From NCBI GenBank assembly GCA_963666285.1, contig OY762711.1: 64,000 bases of DNA. One strand, 5' to 3'. The position numbers were made by a program, and so were the translations under genes. The stretch is from Sedimentisphaerales bacterium. GTDB lineage: Bacteria; Planctomycetota; Phycisphaerae; Sedimentisphaerales; SM23-30. The notes under the pieces are model-generated. The model was not told where the DNA came from. It was given only the letters and a program-made list of their open reading frames with translations, and ran no database searches. Below are positions 1 through 10,509 of the stretch, in pieces (positions within the stretch are counted from its first letter, which is position 1; every line of letters starts with the position of its first letter).

Positions 1-645
1 GGAACTTTCCAGATTACCTGCCGCGGAGGCAACGTGATGGCAACCAGGTATGAATACAATAAAATGAATGCCACCGAATATTTCGGATCGTTCCTCTACT
101 GGACTCCTGATCCGGCGGCATACGAGCTCATGTACAAAATGTACGGCAAAGACTGCATATCCCATTCCAACGGAAAACTGGCAAAACTTAACCGGGGTAA
201 CCCGGAAGGATACTACAAACTCGGCAGAACACACAGGTCCTGGGACCCTGCCGACGAAAATTCCGGGCAAATGAAATGGATGCTGGAATTCCTGAAACAT
301 CCAATAAAACACCTGCTCGTTTCCATACCAATCGGATGGCGCGGCATATTATTCGGTAGAGGTGTTGCATTAACCCGACCGTTTGGCATAGTATGTCAAA
401 GCGCAGTCCTGGTAAGTGTTATTTACTTTCTGGGTTTATCTGTCTTCTTCTTCTATTCGATATTCAAAAGGAAATGGCACCTGCTCGCTGTCTCTTTACC
501 GGCAATCTACCTTCTGTTTATGAACGGATTCTTCACACATAATATTTCAAGATACGGACTACCCGCCGTCGGTACAGAAATCGTCTGCACTTTGCTGGTA
601 ACCTGGTACATACTGAATCGGAAAAAAATTAAGAAACAAAACTAG
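1..645 (+). CDS. Polytopic membrane protein, 5'-truncated by the window edge; possible GT-C-type glycosyltransferase C-terminus
   Basis: Frame is open from base 1; several C-terminal hydrophobic helices with a SRYGLP motif; lies next to a glycosylation cluster. Confidence 0.55.
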   Translation, partial: GTFQITCRGGNVMATRYEYNKMNATEYFGSFLYWTPDPAAYELMYKMYGKDCISHSNGKLAKLNRGNPEGYYKLGRTHRSWDPADENSGQMKWMLEFLKHPIKHLLVSIPIGWRGILFGRGVALTRPFGIVCQSAVLVSVIYFLGLSVFFFYSIFKRKWHLLAVSLPAIYLLFMNGFFTHNISRYGLPAVGTEIVCTLLVTWYILNRKKIKKQN

Positions 646-674
646 AAATCTTCCAATAGACCGGCAAGTACTTG

Positions 675-1610
675 TTAATCGCCTGAATTGTCGACAGCAA
701 TAACAGTTTCTATTCCCGGCAGACGCGATGCAAATGCGAAACCCAGCAGTTCGCCTGCAACTGTTACAAACCGGAACAGTACCGAACTTAGCAGCACTTC
801 TTCTTTTGGCATATAGCCTGCCAGTAACGCAACCATTACAACTTCCCTGACACCTATTCCGCCCGGAGCACCTGGTGTTATCAAGCCCAGCACCCAGGCA
901 CAAACATAGGCAAAAATTATATTGAGCCATAACTCGGAAATATCAACTGTTACTGTATTCTTACACACAAAATAAAAAATCAAACCTGAAATAGCCAGGA
1001 ATAAAGAATATAGTAAAACAATTACGGCTGCCCGAAATAATAATGTCATAAATGACTGGCTATTACCCCTGTACCAGAAATATCCCGGGATTATTACCGA
1101 GACAATAAACACCCCTGACAATATCGCCAGAAAACTATTGTTACTGACAACCTCTTCCGGCATCACCAGCTTATGCTTAAATATCCCGGCAAATAATAAA
1201 AGAGAAGATGACAGGATCACAAAAGCAATTTCAAGAACATTTGAAGCAAAAGCCTCCCGGTTGGAATATCCGGATTTCTTTAATAAATAATGACGAGACG
1301 CCATATGCAATACATTTGAAGGAAGATATTTTGCCGGGACACTTTCAAAATATATTTTCGCCAAGCCGATGCTGTTCGGTATACGGTTAGTAATCAATAA
1401 AATAATCAATCGCCAGTTGTTTGCCAGGATAAAGGTCGAAATAAAATATATTACAGCTCCGGCAAAGACAAACCAGATATATGACCACTTGAAATCATCA
1501 ACTTTTAATCCCCTGGCAGACTTAAAAAGGTACACACCACAGGCTGTCAATATTGCTATTTTTAATATGACCAGAAAAAGTTTTCTTGTTTTTAAGCTTC
1601 CAGTACCCAA
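675..1610 (-). CDS. Lysylphosphatidylglycerol-synthase TM / flippase-like (UPF0104-type) membrane protein
   Basis: Multi-TM protein with AKYLPS and PGAPGGIGVRE motifs typical of the family. Confidence 0.8.
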   Translation of the reverse strand: MGTGSLKTRKLFLVILKIAILTACGVYLFKSARGLKVDDFKWSYIWFVFAGAVIYFISTFILANNWRLIILLITNRIPNSIGLAKIYFESVPAKYLPSNVLHMASRHYLLKKSGYSNREAFASNVLEIAFVILSSSLLLFAGIFKHKLVMPEEVVSNNSFLAILSGVFIVSVIIPGYFWYRGNSQSFMTLLFRAAVIVLLYSLFLAISGLIFYFVCKNTVTVDISELWLNIIFAYVCAWVLGLITPGAPGGIGVREVVMVALLAGYMPKEEVLLSSVLFRFVTVAGELLGFAFASRLPGIETVIAVDNSGD

Positions 1611-2176
1611 AGTTGATTCATTCCAAACTGAAAAGTTTTATACTTTATAAGATTATAATCATCACTTTCAACCAGCTGCATTATATCGTCATGGTTCAAA
1701 TAGTGGCCTTCATGTTCGTGCTTATCATTCCGGGCCAAACCGATGCCTGCCAGAAATACCAGCAGCGAATGAGACTTGCCCGATGGAGAAGTGATAACTA
1801 CCCGGCCGCCCGGGTTTAGCAGGGTCTTGAGCTTTCGTAAAAAACTTATCGTATCTTCCATATGCTCCAGGACCGCTACCAGCAATATAGTATCGTACCC
1901 CGGCGGAATATTATCTATCGCAGCCTCATCAACCATCATGGCCATAAAACGGTAATCAGGATATTTACTTTCAGCGGCAGCAACAGCTTCATCACAACTG
2001 TCAATCCCGACATAACTACTGATACCGTCGCCCAGATACGGAAGTGAATAGCCGCGGTCGCAGCCGATATCTAGTATCTTTCCACCTTTTACATAACGGG
2101 CTGCCAGACTCAACCTGGCCCTCCTGAGATAGCCGCTTAATAGGCCGTCTCGTATTTTCGCGTGATCGTGATCCAT
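1592..2176 (-). CDS. Class I SAM-dependent methyltransferase (start corrected to ATG at 2176)
   Basis: ILDIGC motif I, VLEH and LNPGG motifs; the ORF-track extension 2177-2230 lies inside a repeat element. Confidence 0.85.
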   Translation of the reverse strand: MDHDHAKIRDGLLSGYLRRARLSLAARYVKGGKILDIGCDRGYSLPYLGDGISSYVGIDSCDEAVAAAESKYPDYRFMAMMVDEAAIDNIPPGYDTILLVAVLEHMEDTISFLRKLKTLLNPGGRVVITSPSGKSHSLLVFLAGIGLARNDKHEHEGHYLNHDDIMQLVESDDYNLIKYKTFQFGMNQLWVLEA

Positions 2177-2367
2177 ATTTACTTTCGCAGTTTTTAAGTT
2201 GCAAAATCGCCTAAAAGGGCCTTCCTGCAACGCTTTGATTTTAAACTAAGGATGAGACGATAGTCGAATACCTTAATTTTTCATTTTTCACTTTTCATTT
2301 TTCACTTAATTGGCCCTGTTCTGGCCTTTGCGTGTAATGTTGAACAGTCAAAAGTGCAATACTGCAC
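2177..2367. mobile_element. MITE-like family A, copy 1
   Basis: Ends ATTTACTTTCGCAG...AAAAGTGC-N6-GCAC; flanks atccat (2171-2176) / ttccat (2368-2373). Confidence 0.8.
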
Positions 2368-2375
2368 TTCCATAT

Positions 2376-3296
2376 TTACCTGTTTTTATTAAAATATACT
2401 ATCAGTTCGGCCAGTAAACCGAAAAACACCGTCTGCAAACCGAACAGCAGTGATCCGAGGACCAGGTTAACATGAGTTACCGGCTTATCCGCATGACCGT
2501 TCAGCCAGGATACCATTTCAATGCCAAAAAACAAGATCGCTATCAACATAAAGAAAAAACCGATTGGCAGAAATATTTTCATTGGCTTTATACTGATAAT
2601 TACCATAAGAAGCTGCGGCAAAACCTTTAATGGATATTTCATCGAGATAAACGACTTACCCGCGTTTCTTTTTCGAAATGATACCGGGCAATGCGCAAAT
2701 CGCAAACCATTGTGATACGCCTCCAGTAAAACCTGCTGCGTATAGTTATAGTCGCCCGGCAGCCGGCATACTTTCAGATAGTCTTTTGTAACCGCAAATA
2801 TTCCCGGCTGACTGTCCCTTAATGGCCACCCGGTAAGCATACGCATCATCCAGGTAAAAACAATATTGCCAAACCTGCGAACAAACGGCATTTTATATTC
2901 GATCTTATCAAACCTGTTGCCGTACACTACCTCTGCCGAATCATCAAGAATCGGCTGGATAAGTTTTACTATATCTTCCGGGTCATGCTGCAGATCGGCA
3001 TCAAACTTTACTGCTATCTCTGCGCCATCACTATATGCCTGGAGCAGGCCCGAACGAACGGCCGCGCCAAGACCTTTATTCTTCTTATGAGCGATTACCT
3101 TGTCGGCCCCGGCATTCTCGGCAATCTTTCCGGTCTCGTCGGTAGAGCCGTCATTAACGACATAAACAAATAACTCGAAACCACAACTATTAAGCGAGGA
3201 TGAAACAGACTTCAGACCCTGAATTGTTTCACTTATCGTGTCATGCTCGTTATAAGCCGGGACTATTATGATCAGCTTTTTTTTAGTAGTATCCAA
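2376..3296 (-). CDS. GT2 glycosyltransferase (polyprenol-phosphate sugar synthase-like) with C-terminal TM helices
   Basis: IVPAYNE, VNDGSTD and DADLQHDP motifs; two C-terminal TM segments. Confidence 0.9.
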   Translation of the reverse strand: MDTTKKKLIIIVPAYNEHDTISETIQGLKSVSSSLNSCGFELFVYVVNDGSTDETGKIAENAGADKVIAHKKNKGLGAAVRSGLLQAYSDGAEIAVKFDADLQHDPEDIVKLIQPILDDSAEVVYGNRFDKIEYKMPFVRRFGNIVFTWMMRMLTGWPLRDSQPGIFAVTKDYLKVCRLPGDYNYTQQVLLEAYHNGLRFAHCPVSFRKRNAGKSFISMKYPLKVLPQLLMVIISIKPMKIFLPIGFFFMLIAILFFGIEMVSWLNGHADKPVTHVNLVLGSLLFGLQTVFFGLLAELIVYFNKNR

Positions 3297-3323
3297 TTTT
3301 GTTCTGCCTTGTTCTCTAAATTA

Positions 3324-3500
3324 GTTGGCTTTCACAGTTTTTAAGTTGCAAAATCTCCTAAAAGGGCCTTACTGCAACACTTTGAACTAAAACTAAGGAT
3401 GAGACGATAGTCGAATACCTTAATTTTTCATTTTTCACTTAATTGGCCCTGTTCCGGCCTTTGCGTATAATGTTGAACAGTCGAAAGTGCTATACCGCAC
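3324..3500. mobile_element. MITE-like family A, copy 2
   Basis: Close match to copy 1; 5-bp flanking direct repeat aatta (3319-3323 / 3501-3505). Confidence 0.8.
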
Positions 3501-3502
3501 AA

Positions 3503-5155
3503 TTAGTTACCGGCTTTTTTATATATCCTGACATCAGGACTGATACGATGCTGCAGATGGAAAAACCGCAAACATAATTTCCACATAAGAGAATCTTCGT
3601 TTCTAAAATATATAGCACCCATTACAGCTTGCTTTTTATACTCGGTTTGATCGTTAAACACCTTCTTGAAATACTCAATATCATTCCTGCTGGACATTGG
3701 AAATATGGTAGAGCCTATAAAATAGTCAGGAGACACCTTTATCAAACCTTTTTTCGTCTGGATACCTTTACTGGAAAAGTCGTCTATTACCCGAAAGCCA
3801 AGCTCCTGTAATCTCGGGCCATACTGGTCGTACATCGGAAAACCAACTATAGCACCCGGCTTAGCGTTTTTCTTCATCCAGTTCGAAACCCTGATCCTGC
3901 TGTCGTTATTCATTTCGATATTAAAAAATATACAGCATAACAGCGACGGTACCAGCACAAAAAGAGGTGCCACAATTCGTATCGAAAACGGTATCTTCTT
4001 TACCCTGTACCAATCCGCCAGGGCTTTACCCATCATCAAGGCTATGCCGATATAGGAACAAAACCAGAATCTCGGCCTGGTCTGGTTAATTACAAATATT
4101 ACGGCAATGGCAAATAAAATACTGGGAGCGGCAATAAACACAAACTGCCATTTATACTTGTATGCCACGTATGGCAGTGACAATATCATTAACACGACAA
4201 ACGGCCAGCCCCAGCCCTGGTAAAAACCGGAACCGACACTTGTCAGTAATGTCATCGCAGAAATCCTGCTCTTGGAAAAATCACTGACAACGTCTTCCCA
4301 GAACTGGCTCCGGTAGTTCCACTCTTCCATTCCCGTCCAGAAGTTTTCCAGTGTCATAAAGACTATTACCGCTATTACTATCGCGGATAATATCTTCCAG
4401 CTCAGCAGCGACTTCATCGCCTGTTTAAATGGCTTGCCCGATGAGTAAACAGCATACACCTGCAATACCGCAAGGCCGAGAAATAGTCCGACCTGGAACG
4501 GGGCTACCCCTTCCTTGGTACAGACCGACCATGCCGAACAGAATCCGGCCGGCAAATACCAGTATATCTTGCGATTATACGCCGCATACACTCCAAAACA
4601 GGTTGCCAGGGCAAACCAGAACATCGCGGGAATATCAACGCAGCCGGATTTACTGAAAAATACAAAATAACATGACAAAGTCAGACACAGGCAAGAGAGT
4701 AATGCCGCTATGTCATCTTCGAATAACTTCCTCGATGTAAAAAATACGGCAAATACAATCGCAATTGACATAATATAACATAACCTGCGGGTTATCATAC
4801 TCAGCTCGACCTGACGACCGGTGTCAATTACTGATTTATATACCTTGCCATCCTTCATATATGTTATCGGGTTTTCTTTCCAGTAATCAATCTTCGACTT
4901 ATAAAATGGATAACTGATCAGAAACTGACCTCTTGGATATTTATGCTTCCATAGCTTGAACATGTTCTCGTTATGACCGGCTGTTCGAAGCCCTTCTATT
5001 GTATCCGGGGTCCAGACCGCTCCCCTGGCACCCCAGTCCAGTGCCGAACCGTTCAAATAACATGCAAGCGCGGCAATACCAATCAACAGCAAGACCGTGT
5101 ATCTTTTTTTAAGCGAATTATTAATATTGTCAGATTTACCGGATTCAGACATCAA
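3503..5155 (-). CDS. ArnT/PMT-like GT-C membrane glycosyltransferase
   Basis: N-terminal TM followed by a WTPD acidic loop, many TM helices, DIPAMF and TKEG motifs, soluble C-terminal domain. Confidence 0.75.
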   Translation of the reverse strand: MMSESGKSDNINNSLKKRYTVLLLIGIAALACYLNGSALDWGARGAVWTPDTIEGLRTAGHNENMFKLWKHKYPRGQFLISYPFYKSKIDYWKENPITYMKDGKVYKSVIDTGRQVELSMITRRLCYIMSIAIVFAVFFTSRKLFEDDIAALLSCLCLTLSCYFVFFSKSGCVDIPAMFWFALATCFGVYAAYNRKIYWYLPAGFCSAWSVCTKEGVAPFQVGLFLGLAVLQVYAVYSSGKPFKQAMKSLLSWKILSAIVIAVIVFMTLENFWTGMEEWNYRSQFWEDVVSDFSKSRISAMTLLTSVGSGFYQGWGWPFVVLMILSLPYVAYKYKWQFVFIAAPSILFAIAVIFVINQTRPRFWFCSYIGIALMMGKALADWYRVKKIPFSIRIVAPLFVLVPSLLCCIFFNIEMNNDSRIRVSNWMKKNAKPGAIVGFPMYDQYGPRLQELGFRVIDDFSSKGIQTKKGLIKVSPDYFIGSTIFPMSSRNDIEYFKKVFNDQTEYKKQAVMGAIYFRNEDSLMWKLCLRFFHLQHRISPDVRIYKKAGN

Positions 5156-5200
5156 CTCTCTCCGCCTGAAATAATATAAATCCTTTCAGGCTGGTAGTTA

Positions 5201-5301
5201 TACCCATAATAATTGAAAATACCCGTTCGAGCCCGGCATAAATAATTACATTATTATTACTTACCTTCCGAGCGATCGGGCAAAATCATACATTATGTGT
5301 A
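5201..5301. repeat. Dispersed ~100 bp repeat family D, copy 1 (MITE-like)
   Basis: Aligns by eye with 17069-17172; imperfect terminal IR TACCCATA / TATGTGTA flanked by TA. Confidence 0.6.
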
Positions 5302-5310
5302 TATATAATT

Positions 5311-5517
5311 GTTAATTTTAGCAGTTTTTAAGTTGCAAAAATCTCCTAAAAGGGTATTCCTGCAACACTTATGATTTAAACAAAACGTAAGACGACCTTC
5401 CCTGAGCTAGTCAAAGGATGGTCGAACACCTTAATTTTCACTATTCATTTTTCACTTAATTGGCCCTGTTCCGCACTTTACGTGTTATATTGAACAGTTA
5501 TAAGTGCAATATCGCAC
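5311..5517. mobile_element. MITE-like family A, copy 3
   Basis: Diverged copy with internal CCCTGAGCTAGTCAAAGG hairpin; flanks taatt / taata. Confidence 0.75.
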
Positions 5518-5575
5518 TAATAATACATCGTATATATATGGATTGAAATCCAATTAAAATATTAAGCTGCCTTAA

Positions 5576-5786
5576 CTTAGCTCTCGCAGTTTTTAAGATG
5601 CAATAACGAAGTGCCTCTGGTAAATCGCCTAAAAGGGCCTTCCTGCAACGCTTTGATTTTAAACTAAGGATGAGACGATAGTCGAATACCTTAATTTTTC
5701 ACTTAATTGGCCCTGTTCCGGCCTTTGCGTGTAATGTTGAACAGCCAAAAGTGCCCCTTGCATAAGATGCGAAGCATAAACCGCAC
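5576..5786. mobile_element. MITE-like family A, copy 4
   Basis: Flanks cttaa (5571-5575 / 5787-5791); two internal insertions relative to copy 1. Confidence 0.8.
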
Positions 5787-5893
5787 CTTAATTATCTGGA
5801 TAATATAATCATGGTCAAGAACAAATTAACCCGTAGAAAGGCCCCATAACTACCGACTGTTTCATTCACTCATTCAAAAACTGCCGTAAAGGA

Positions 5894-6394
5894 TCAGAGA
5901 GTCATCTCCATTATATAGTCATCCATAACAAAGCCGTGACCAATACTGTTGGCTGCTTCTTCAACAACTGCAAAACCGTTTTTCTTGTACCATTTTATTG
6001 TATCTGAATTATTACGGTTTACCGTAAGCCACAGCTTGCCTATACCCTGCTGCTGACAAAGATCTTTCGCAAAACTTAGCGCCGCGGTGCCCGCACCGGT
6101 ACCCCTGGCTGATTTGCTCACATATATCTTGCTGATCATCATCTTATCTTCCGCCAGATCGGGAACCAGCCCCAGGTAACCAACTTCAGTACCTTTGGCA
6201 ACTATAAAATAATACTGATAACCTTCACATTGGATCTGACGCGTTATCGCTGAGAAACTCTGGAATTTATCCAGCATGTAATCTATCTGCTCCTGGCCTA
6301 TTATCGGAAGATAATGCTCTGTCCAGATCTCTCGTGCCAGGCTTTCAAGACGGGTAATTGAATTAGGAGTGGTTATCTGCTTTAGTGTTGTCAC
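5894..6394 (-). CDS. GNAT family N-acetyltransferase
   Basis: Acetyl-CoA motif ARGTGAG; LTVNRNN...WYKKNGF. Confidence 0.9.
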   Translation of the reverse strand: MTTLKQITTPNSITRLESLAREIWTEHYLPIIGQEQIDYMLDKFQSFSAITRQIQCEGYQYYFIVAKGTEVGYLGLVPDLAEDKMMISKIYVSKSARGTGAGTAALSFAKDLCQQQGIGKLWLTVNRNNSDTIKWYKKNGFAVVEEAANSIGHGFVMDDYIMEMTL

Positions 6395-6426
6395 GGTAAA
6401 ATCTACCTTTATGCCTCATAGAAAAT

Positions 6427-6518
6427 GTTAACTTTCGCAGTTTTCAAGCTGCAATAATCGCCTCAAAGGGCCTTACTGTTGCACTTATGTTTCAGACAAA
6501 GCGGAATCGCGACATGAA
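6427..6518. mobile_element. MITE-like family A, copy 5 (truncated, one end only)
   Basis: GTTAACTTTCGCAGTTTTCAAGCTGCAATAATCGCCTCAAAGGGCC matches the family end; the other half is missing. Confidence 0.7.
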
Positions 6519-7361
6519 CTATTTCTCTTCAAATGGATGAACGGTCTTAGTCCAGCCCATAGGCTTCTTGGGTGTTTTGAAATTCGAATCATTTATTTCT
6601 TTGCCGGTTTCTATCTCTGTCCAGAGTACCGTCGTCTGATTATAGTCTTTTTCTTCGTAACGAATCTGAACCGGAAGATAGCTCTCTGACTTGATCCAAA
6701 GCTCTATCTTCAGATACTCCTCGGCATACTTTGTGTCAGGCTTAGGTGTCAGTTCCAGATGAATCGTATCTTTTAGCTCGCCGGCAGCTTCTTCAACTGG
6801 CTTCGCAACTGTAAAATATTCCTGTACATCAGATTTGGTTATAGCAAACGGCAGCGGAAACGGGCCCTGGCCTAACCTGAAGGATTCACGCACCTGACGC
6901 TTGGTGGCTACTTCCCAGCTTTCCAATGTTTTGGTCTGGGCGTTTGTGCGATGTACCCATAATCCATCAAAATAATAATCCTCGTCAAACTTCACTGGTT
7001 TTGGTGTAGAATCTTCCTCCATAAGGTCAAGTTCTAGAAGATCGTCGAAATGGATACGAGCATAGACAATCTCACCTTTTACCTGATAATACAGTTTCCC
7101 GGTACGGATACGCTGGGTATCTACCAGCGGCTGGAGAACATCATATTTCATCTTTGCTTCAAATGACTTCAGTTCCGAACAGGCTTTTTCCATATCGGCC
7201 AGCAGCGAAGCAACTTTTTCGTCTTCCACAGCTGGAACTGTACAGCAGGATGTTTCCGATTCCGCTCTGGCAGAGATTGATAACATTGATAAACTTATCG
7301 CTGCCAAATAAAACCATAATGCAGCTGATCTAAAGGGTGGTAATATTTTATTTGCGATCAT
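6519..7361 (-). CDS. LolA-like periplasmic lipoprotein carrier/sorting protein
   Basis: Signal peptide; LKSFEAK, HLELTPK and IELWI..YLPVQI segments typical of LolA-like folds. Confidence 0.65.
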   Translation of the reverse strand: MIANKILPPFRSAALWFYLAAISLSMLSISARAESETSCCTVPAVEDEKVASLLADMEKACSELKSFEAKMKYDVLQPLVDTQRIRTGKLYYQVKGEIVYARIHFDDLLELDLMEEDSTPKPVKFDEDYYFDGLWVHRTNAQTKTLESWEVATKRQVRESFRLGQGPFPLPFAITKSDVQEYFTVAKPVEEAAGELKDTIHLELTPKPDTKYAEEYLKIELWIKSESYLPVQIRYEEKDYNQTTVLWTEIETGKEINDSNFKTPKKPMGWTKTVHPFEEK

Positions 7362-7868
7362 AATCTCGAATTTCTAAATATTTTTTTTGTTTGTTATTTC
7401 TGTCAGGTTCCAATTTGGGTTTTCAACAATAATACCTTCTCTGTCAGATAAAGGTTCGGATAAAAATTCTAACCCTTTTGCTATATATGAATTATACACT
7501 TTTTATTTCAAATGTGTTACAAAAAGCAATTTAGAGCTTTTATACACAAACCACCATACATGGCTTTATTTCGTAATTTCTTTTTTGACTTAGAGTTATG
7601 ACCGCATGAATAATACTGGGAAAGGAAAAGGATTATGGAATAAAATGAAGATAAAATTTTTGGATTTGGTTTTTGGCCTTATTTGGAGCACTTAATTGCT
7701 CTAAGGCATGTAACGTAATTATATTCCCATTAGTGGTTCGGTTGTTTTTTCTTTTAGTTTTTCAACCGGGCCTAAAGCGTTAGGTGCAGTTTTACTGCCT
7801 GGGACAACTCACTTAAAAGGGTTGTCCCTTTTTTATTCACCCAAATCAAAAGACAAATAGCTGCATAG

Positions 7869-9446
7869 TCATGACAATTTACGACGCAGCCTCTTAAACG
7901 CTGAACGCCATTTGATTACTTCGACATTTCCCAGGGTACGTACCAGCGCCCGCTTGCCCCATGATACTCCACCGGCACGCTGGTTGTCCCAGAACATCGG
8001 CGGAACCTCCTTGAAATTCTGCTCGTAGCATGCCTGGTAAAGATCAAGATGATCAAGTGTCATACGTTCCAGGTTGAATGCCGGAGATTTCGATCGCTGA
8101 CCAACATCAGCAGGCTCATAAAATATCGGAAATATCACCAGTTTACGCCTGACCAGCTCTCGGACGGTAGCAAGTGTCTTTTTCACATCTTCCTGACTTT
8201 CACCCGGCAGGCCCAGAACAAAACTCAGCACAGGAAAGAACCCGGTACGAATTAGCTTATCTGCGGCATCAATTATCTGCTGATCCCAATTATCTGTATC
8301 CAGCGGCAAAGCTTTCCCGGCACAATTGGCTTTCAACAGTTCACCGGATGCGGTCTCTGCTCCCATATTCACCCAAAGGTAATCACACTTCTTCTCCCAG
8401 TTCATCAGTTCCCGAAGCTGCTTGAGCTCTCCATCATCCAGCTGAAGAACCGAAGATATGTTTACATGATCGATCTGCAAAAAATTCTTGTTCGGAATCT
8501 GCCGCATCGATTCCAGCAGCTCACAAAGCTTATTATAATCAGGCTTGAAACTGTCACTGCCGTACCGAAGGAAATCTTCGCTGCCGCTGACAACGTTTCT
8601 AAAGCCATTGGAAACATTCGTCTCAACATCCCGGCATATAAGGTCAATCGGAAGATGCCTCATCTTCTTATCCGCCATCGGACAAAAATTACATGCCTTG
8701 CCGCAGCCGCGCGACAGCTCGATTATTCCCAGCATAGACGGCGCTGTGATCGGGCGAACATGTTCCACCAGGCAGCTGTTGGAACGAAAATACGCAAGAC
8801 CAGATGGTTCTACCATTTCCGATGGAACTGCATCATTGAGTATATTACTCACAAATTCAGGGCCGCCCTCTTCAAAATAACCTTCACAGATCGCATCTAT
8901 GCCGTGACGCCGGGCTGTTTCAGGGTCCTGATGCCATTGCCAGCTGCCGGCACCACCGGTAAGTATCTTAAAATTATGCCTCGATTTGAACTCTGCCAGA
9001 CGCATCATCATCTTGTCGGTCCAATACTCGGTATAAAGACGACCGCCCCAAAAACACGAAGTAGTCGTATTGCTCATACCCCTGCCCAGCGGATCACTTG
9101 ACGACACCACAACCAGTTTCGTCCATGGACCAATAAGCGATTCAACCGACTCCGGCGTTGCACAAACTATATCATCCCGGCCCAGGTGCAGTGATTCCAA
9201 CAGTGAAGCTTCCACTCGACGCAAACCCAATGGCGCAGCGGCAGCACGGCCGTCTGAATCTACCGGCATCCTCGGCGCCATAAGAGATTTCATAACAAAT
9301 TCAGGCACCTCGGTGGTCTGCATTGTACCAAACATCCCTTCAAATATTATTGAATAGTTGGCACTAAGCGTACGATCGGCAACTAGGAGTATTCTAGGTT
9401 TTAAAGTCATATTTGATTTAAATAATAAGGAATCTTTTCGATTCAA
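7869..9446 (-). CDS. Radical SAM protein with probable N-terminal cobalamin-binding-like domain
   Basis: SRGCGKACNFC (CxxxCxxC), GAETAS, VLGLPGE; N-terminal APLGLRRVEA and GGAGSWQ; start could be ATG 9410. Confidence 0.85.
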   Translation of the reverse strand: MNRKDSLLFKSNMTLKPRILLVADRTLSANYSIIFEGMFGTMQTTEVPEFVMKSLMAPRMPVDSDGRAAAAPLGLRRVEASLLESLHLGRDDIVCATPESVESLIGPWTKLVVVSSSDPLGRGMSNTTTSCFWGGRLYTEYWTDKMMMRLAEFKSRHNFKILTGGAGSWQWHQDPETARRHGIDAICEGYFEEGGPEFVSNILNDAVPSEMVEPSGLAYFRSNSCLVEHVRPITAPSMLGIIELSRGCGKACNFCPMADKKMRHLPIDLICRDVETNVSNGFRNVVSGSEDFLRYGSDSFKPDYNKLCELLESMRQIPNKNFLQIDHVNISSVLQLDDGELKQLRELMNWEKKCDYLWVNMGAETASGELLKANCAGKALPLDTDNWDQQIIDAADKLIRTGFFPVLSFVLGLPGESQEDVKKTLATVRELVRRKLVIFPIFYEPADVGQRSKSPAFNLERMTLDHLDLYQACYEQNFKEVPPMFWDNQRAGGVSWGKRALVRTLGNVEVIKWRSAFKRLRRKLS

Positions 9447-9456
9447 TGAAGGTTGG

Positions 9457-10275
9457 CTATTTCTTGTCTTCTACAATTTTAGAGATCTGCTCTGGTGTCA
9501 TAGACTTGATCACACTGTCCGGGATACCCAGTTCTCTGGCCTTATCAGCTATATTCGAACGATTATGCAAAAATGACATCAGCTCCGGACCGGACATATT
9601 TGAGATTGTTTTATCTACCGGACCGCCTGTCCTTAGCTCCTGGCCGTTAGTAACTGGCGAATCATGCTTGGGAAATATTACCGCACTTCGCGGGCATATC
9701 TTCGCACATGCCGGACAATATGGCTTGCATTTGGACGGTTTATTGACCGTCAATGTACTATCAAATTTATACACACCGAACAGGCAGAAATTCTCACACT
9801 GACGGCAGTTAGTACATAATTCACGGTCTATCACAGGAAACCAGGCTAGATTAGCCGGGGTATAATCAAGGGCAAAGTTATGATACTCAGCCCCTCCTGA
9901 TTCATTAATTATCGCTTTTACCTGGGCTATAATTACCGCTTGTGAAATATTGCGATAATTCACAAACTTCTTTATCCATTCCTCTTTAATGTCTAAACCT
10001 GCAAAATTCAAAAGGTTTACATTTGCTCTTCTGGAGCATGCGCTGATTAAAAATATACTGTCCCCCAAAACAAGCTCTTGACATAATCTTTCTTTTTCCT
10101 TTGCTGCCCAATGACATAAATCGGTAACAATATGGAATCTCAATGTGGACGATTCCGCAGAAACAGCATTTTTAGATATCTTTAAAATCTCTTCGTAGAG
10201 CAGATTGTTTTCTGTTTCGTCCAGCTCCTGCCCGCCGCTGCAGCGACAATATAGAATATCTGTATATTTATTCAT
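9457..10275 (-). CDS. 4Fe-4S dicluster ferredoxin-domain protein
   Basis: CTNCRQCENFC and CKPYCPACAKICP motifs. Confidence 0.8.
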   Translation of the reverse strand: MNKYTDILYCRCSGGQELDETENNLLYEEILKISKNAVSAESSTLRFHIVTDLCHWAAKEKERLCQELVLGDSIFLISACSRRANVNLLNFAGLDIKEEWIKKFVNYRNISQAVIIAQVKAIINESGGAEYHNFALDYTPANLAWFPVIDRELCTNCRQCENFCLFGVYKFDSTLTVNKPSKCKPYCPACAKICPRSAVIFPKHDSPVTNGQELRTGGPVDKTISNMSGPELMSFLHNRSNIADKARELGIPDSVIKSMTPEQISKIVEDKK

Positions 10276-10509
10276 CTTAACTTTCGCAGTTTTCAGGCTG
10301 CAATAATCGCCTTAATGGGTCCTACTGCAACATTTATATTTTGAACAAAGCGTGAAACACAATGTTAAACAAAGCGAAATCCCGATGAACATCGGGAAAC
10401 ACCTTAATTTTCACTTACTATCCACTTAATTGGCCCTGTACTAGCCTTTTCGTATAATTTTGAACAGTCAAAAGTGCTCCATGTATATGATGCGAAGCAT
10501 AAACCGCAC
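10276..10509. mobile_element. MITE-like family A, copy 6
   Basis: Flanks ttcat (10271-10275 / 10510-10514); the left copy contains the start codon of the ferredoxin gene. Confidence 0.8.

Noticed and set aside
2177..2230. N-terminal extension of the methyltransferase ORF in the track
   Set aside because: Lies wholly in family A copy 1; ATG 2176 reconstructs the original TAA-AT-ATG operon junction
2354..2367. GTGCG-like end of family A suggesting a group II intron 5' end
   Set aside because: It is one arm of a short palindrome; no domain V motif or RT ORF is visible and the element is too short
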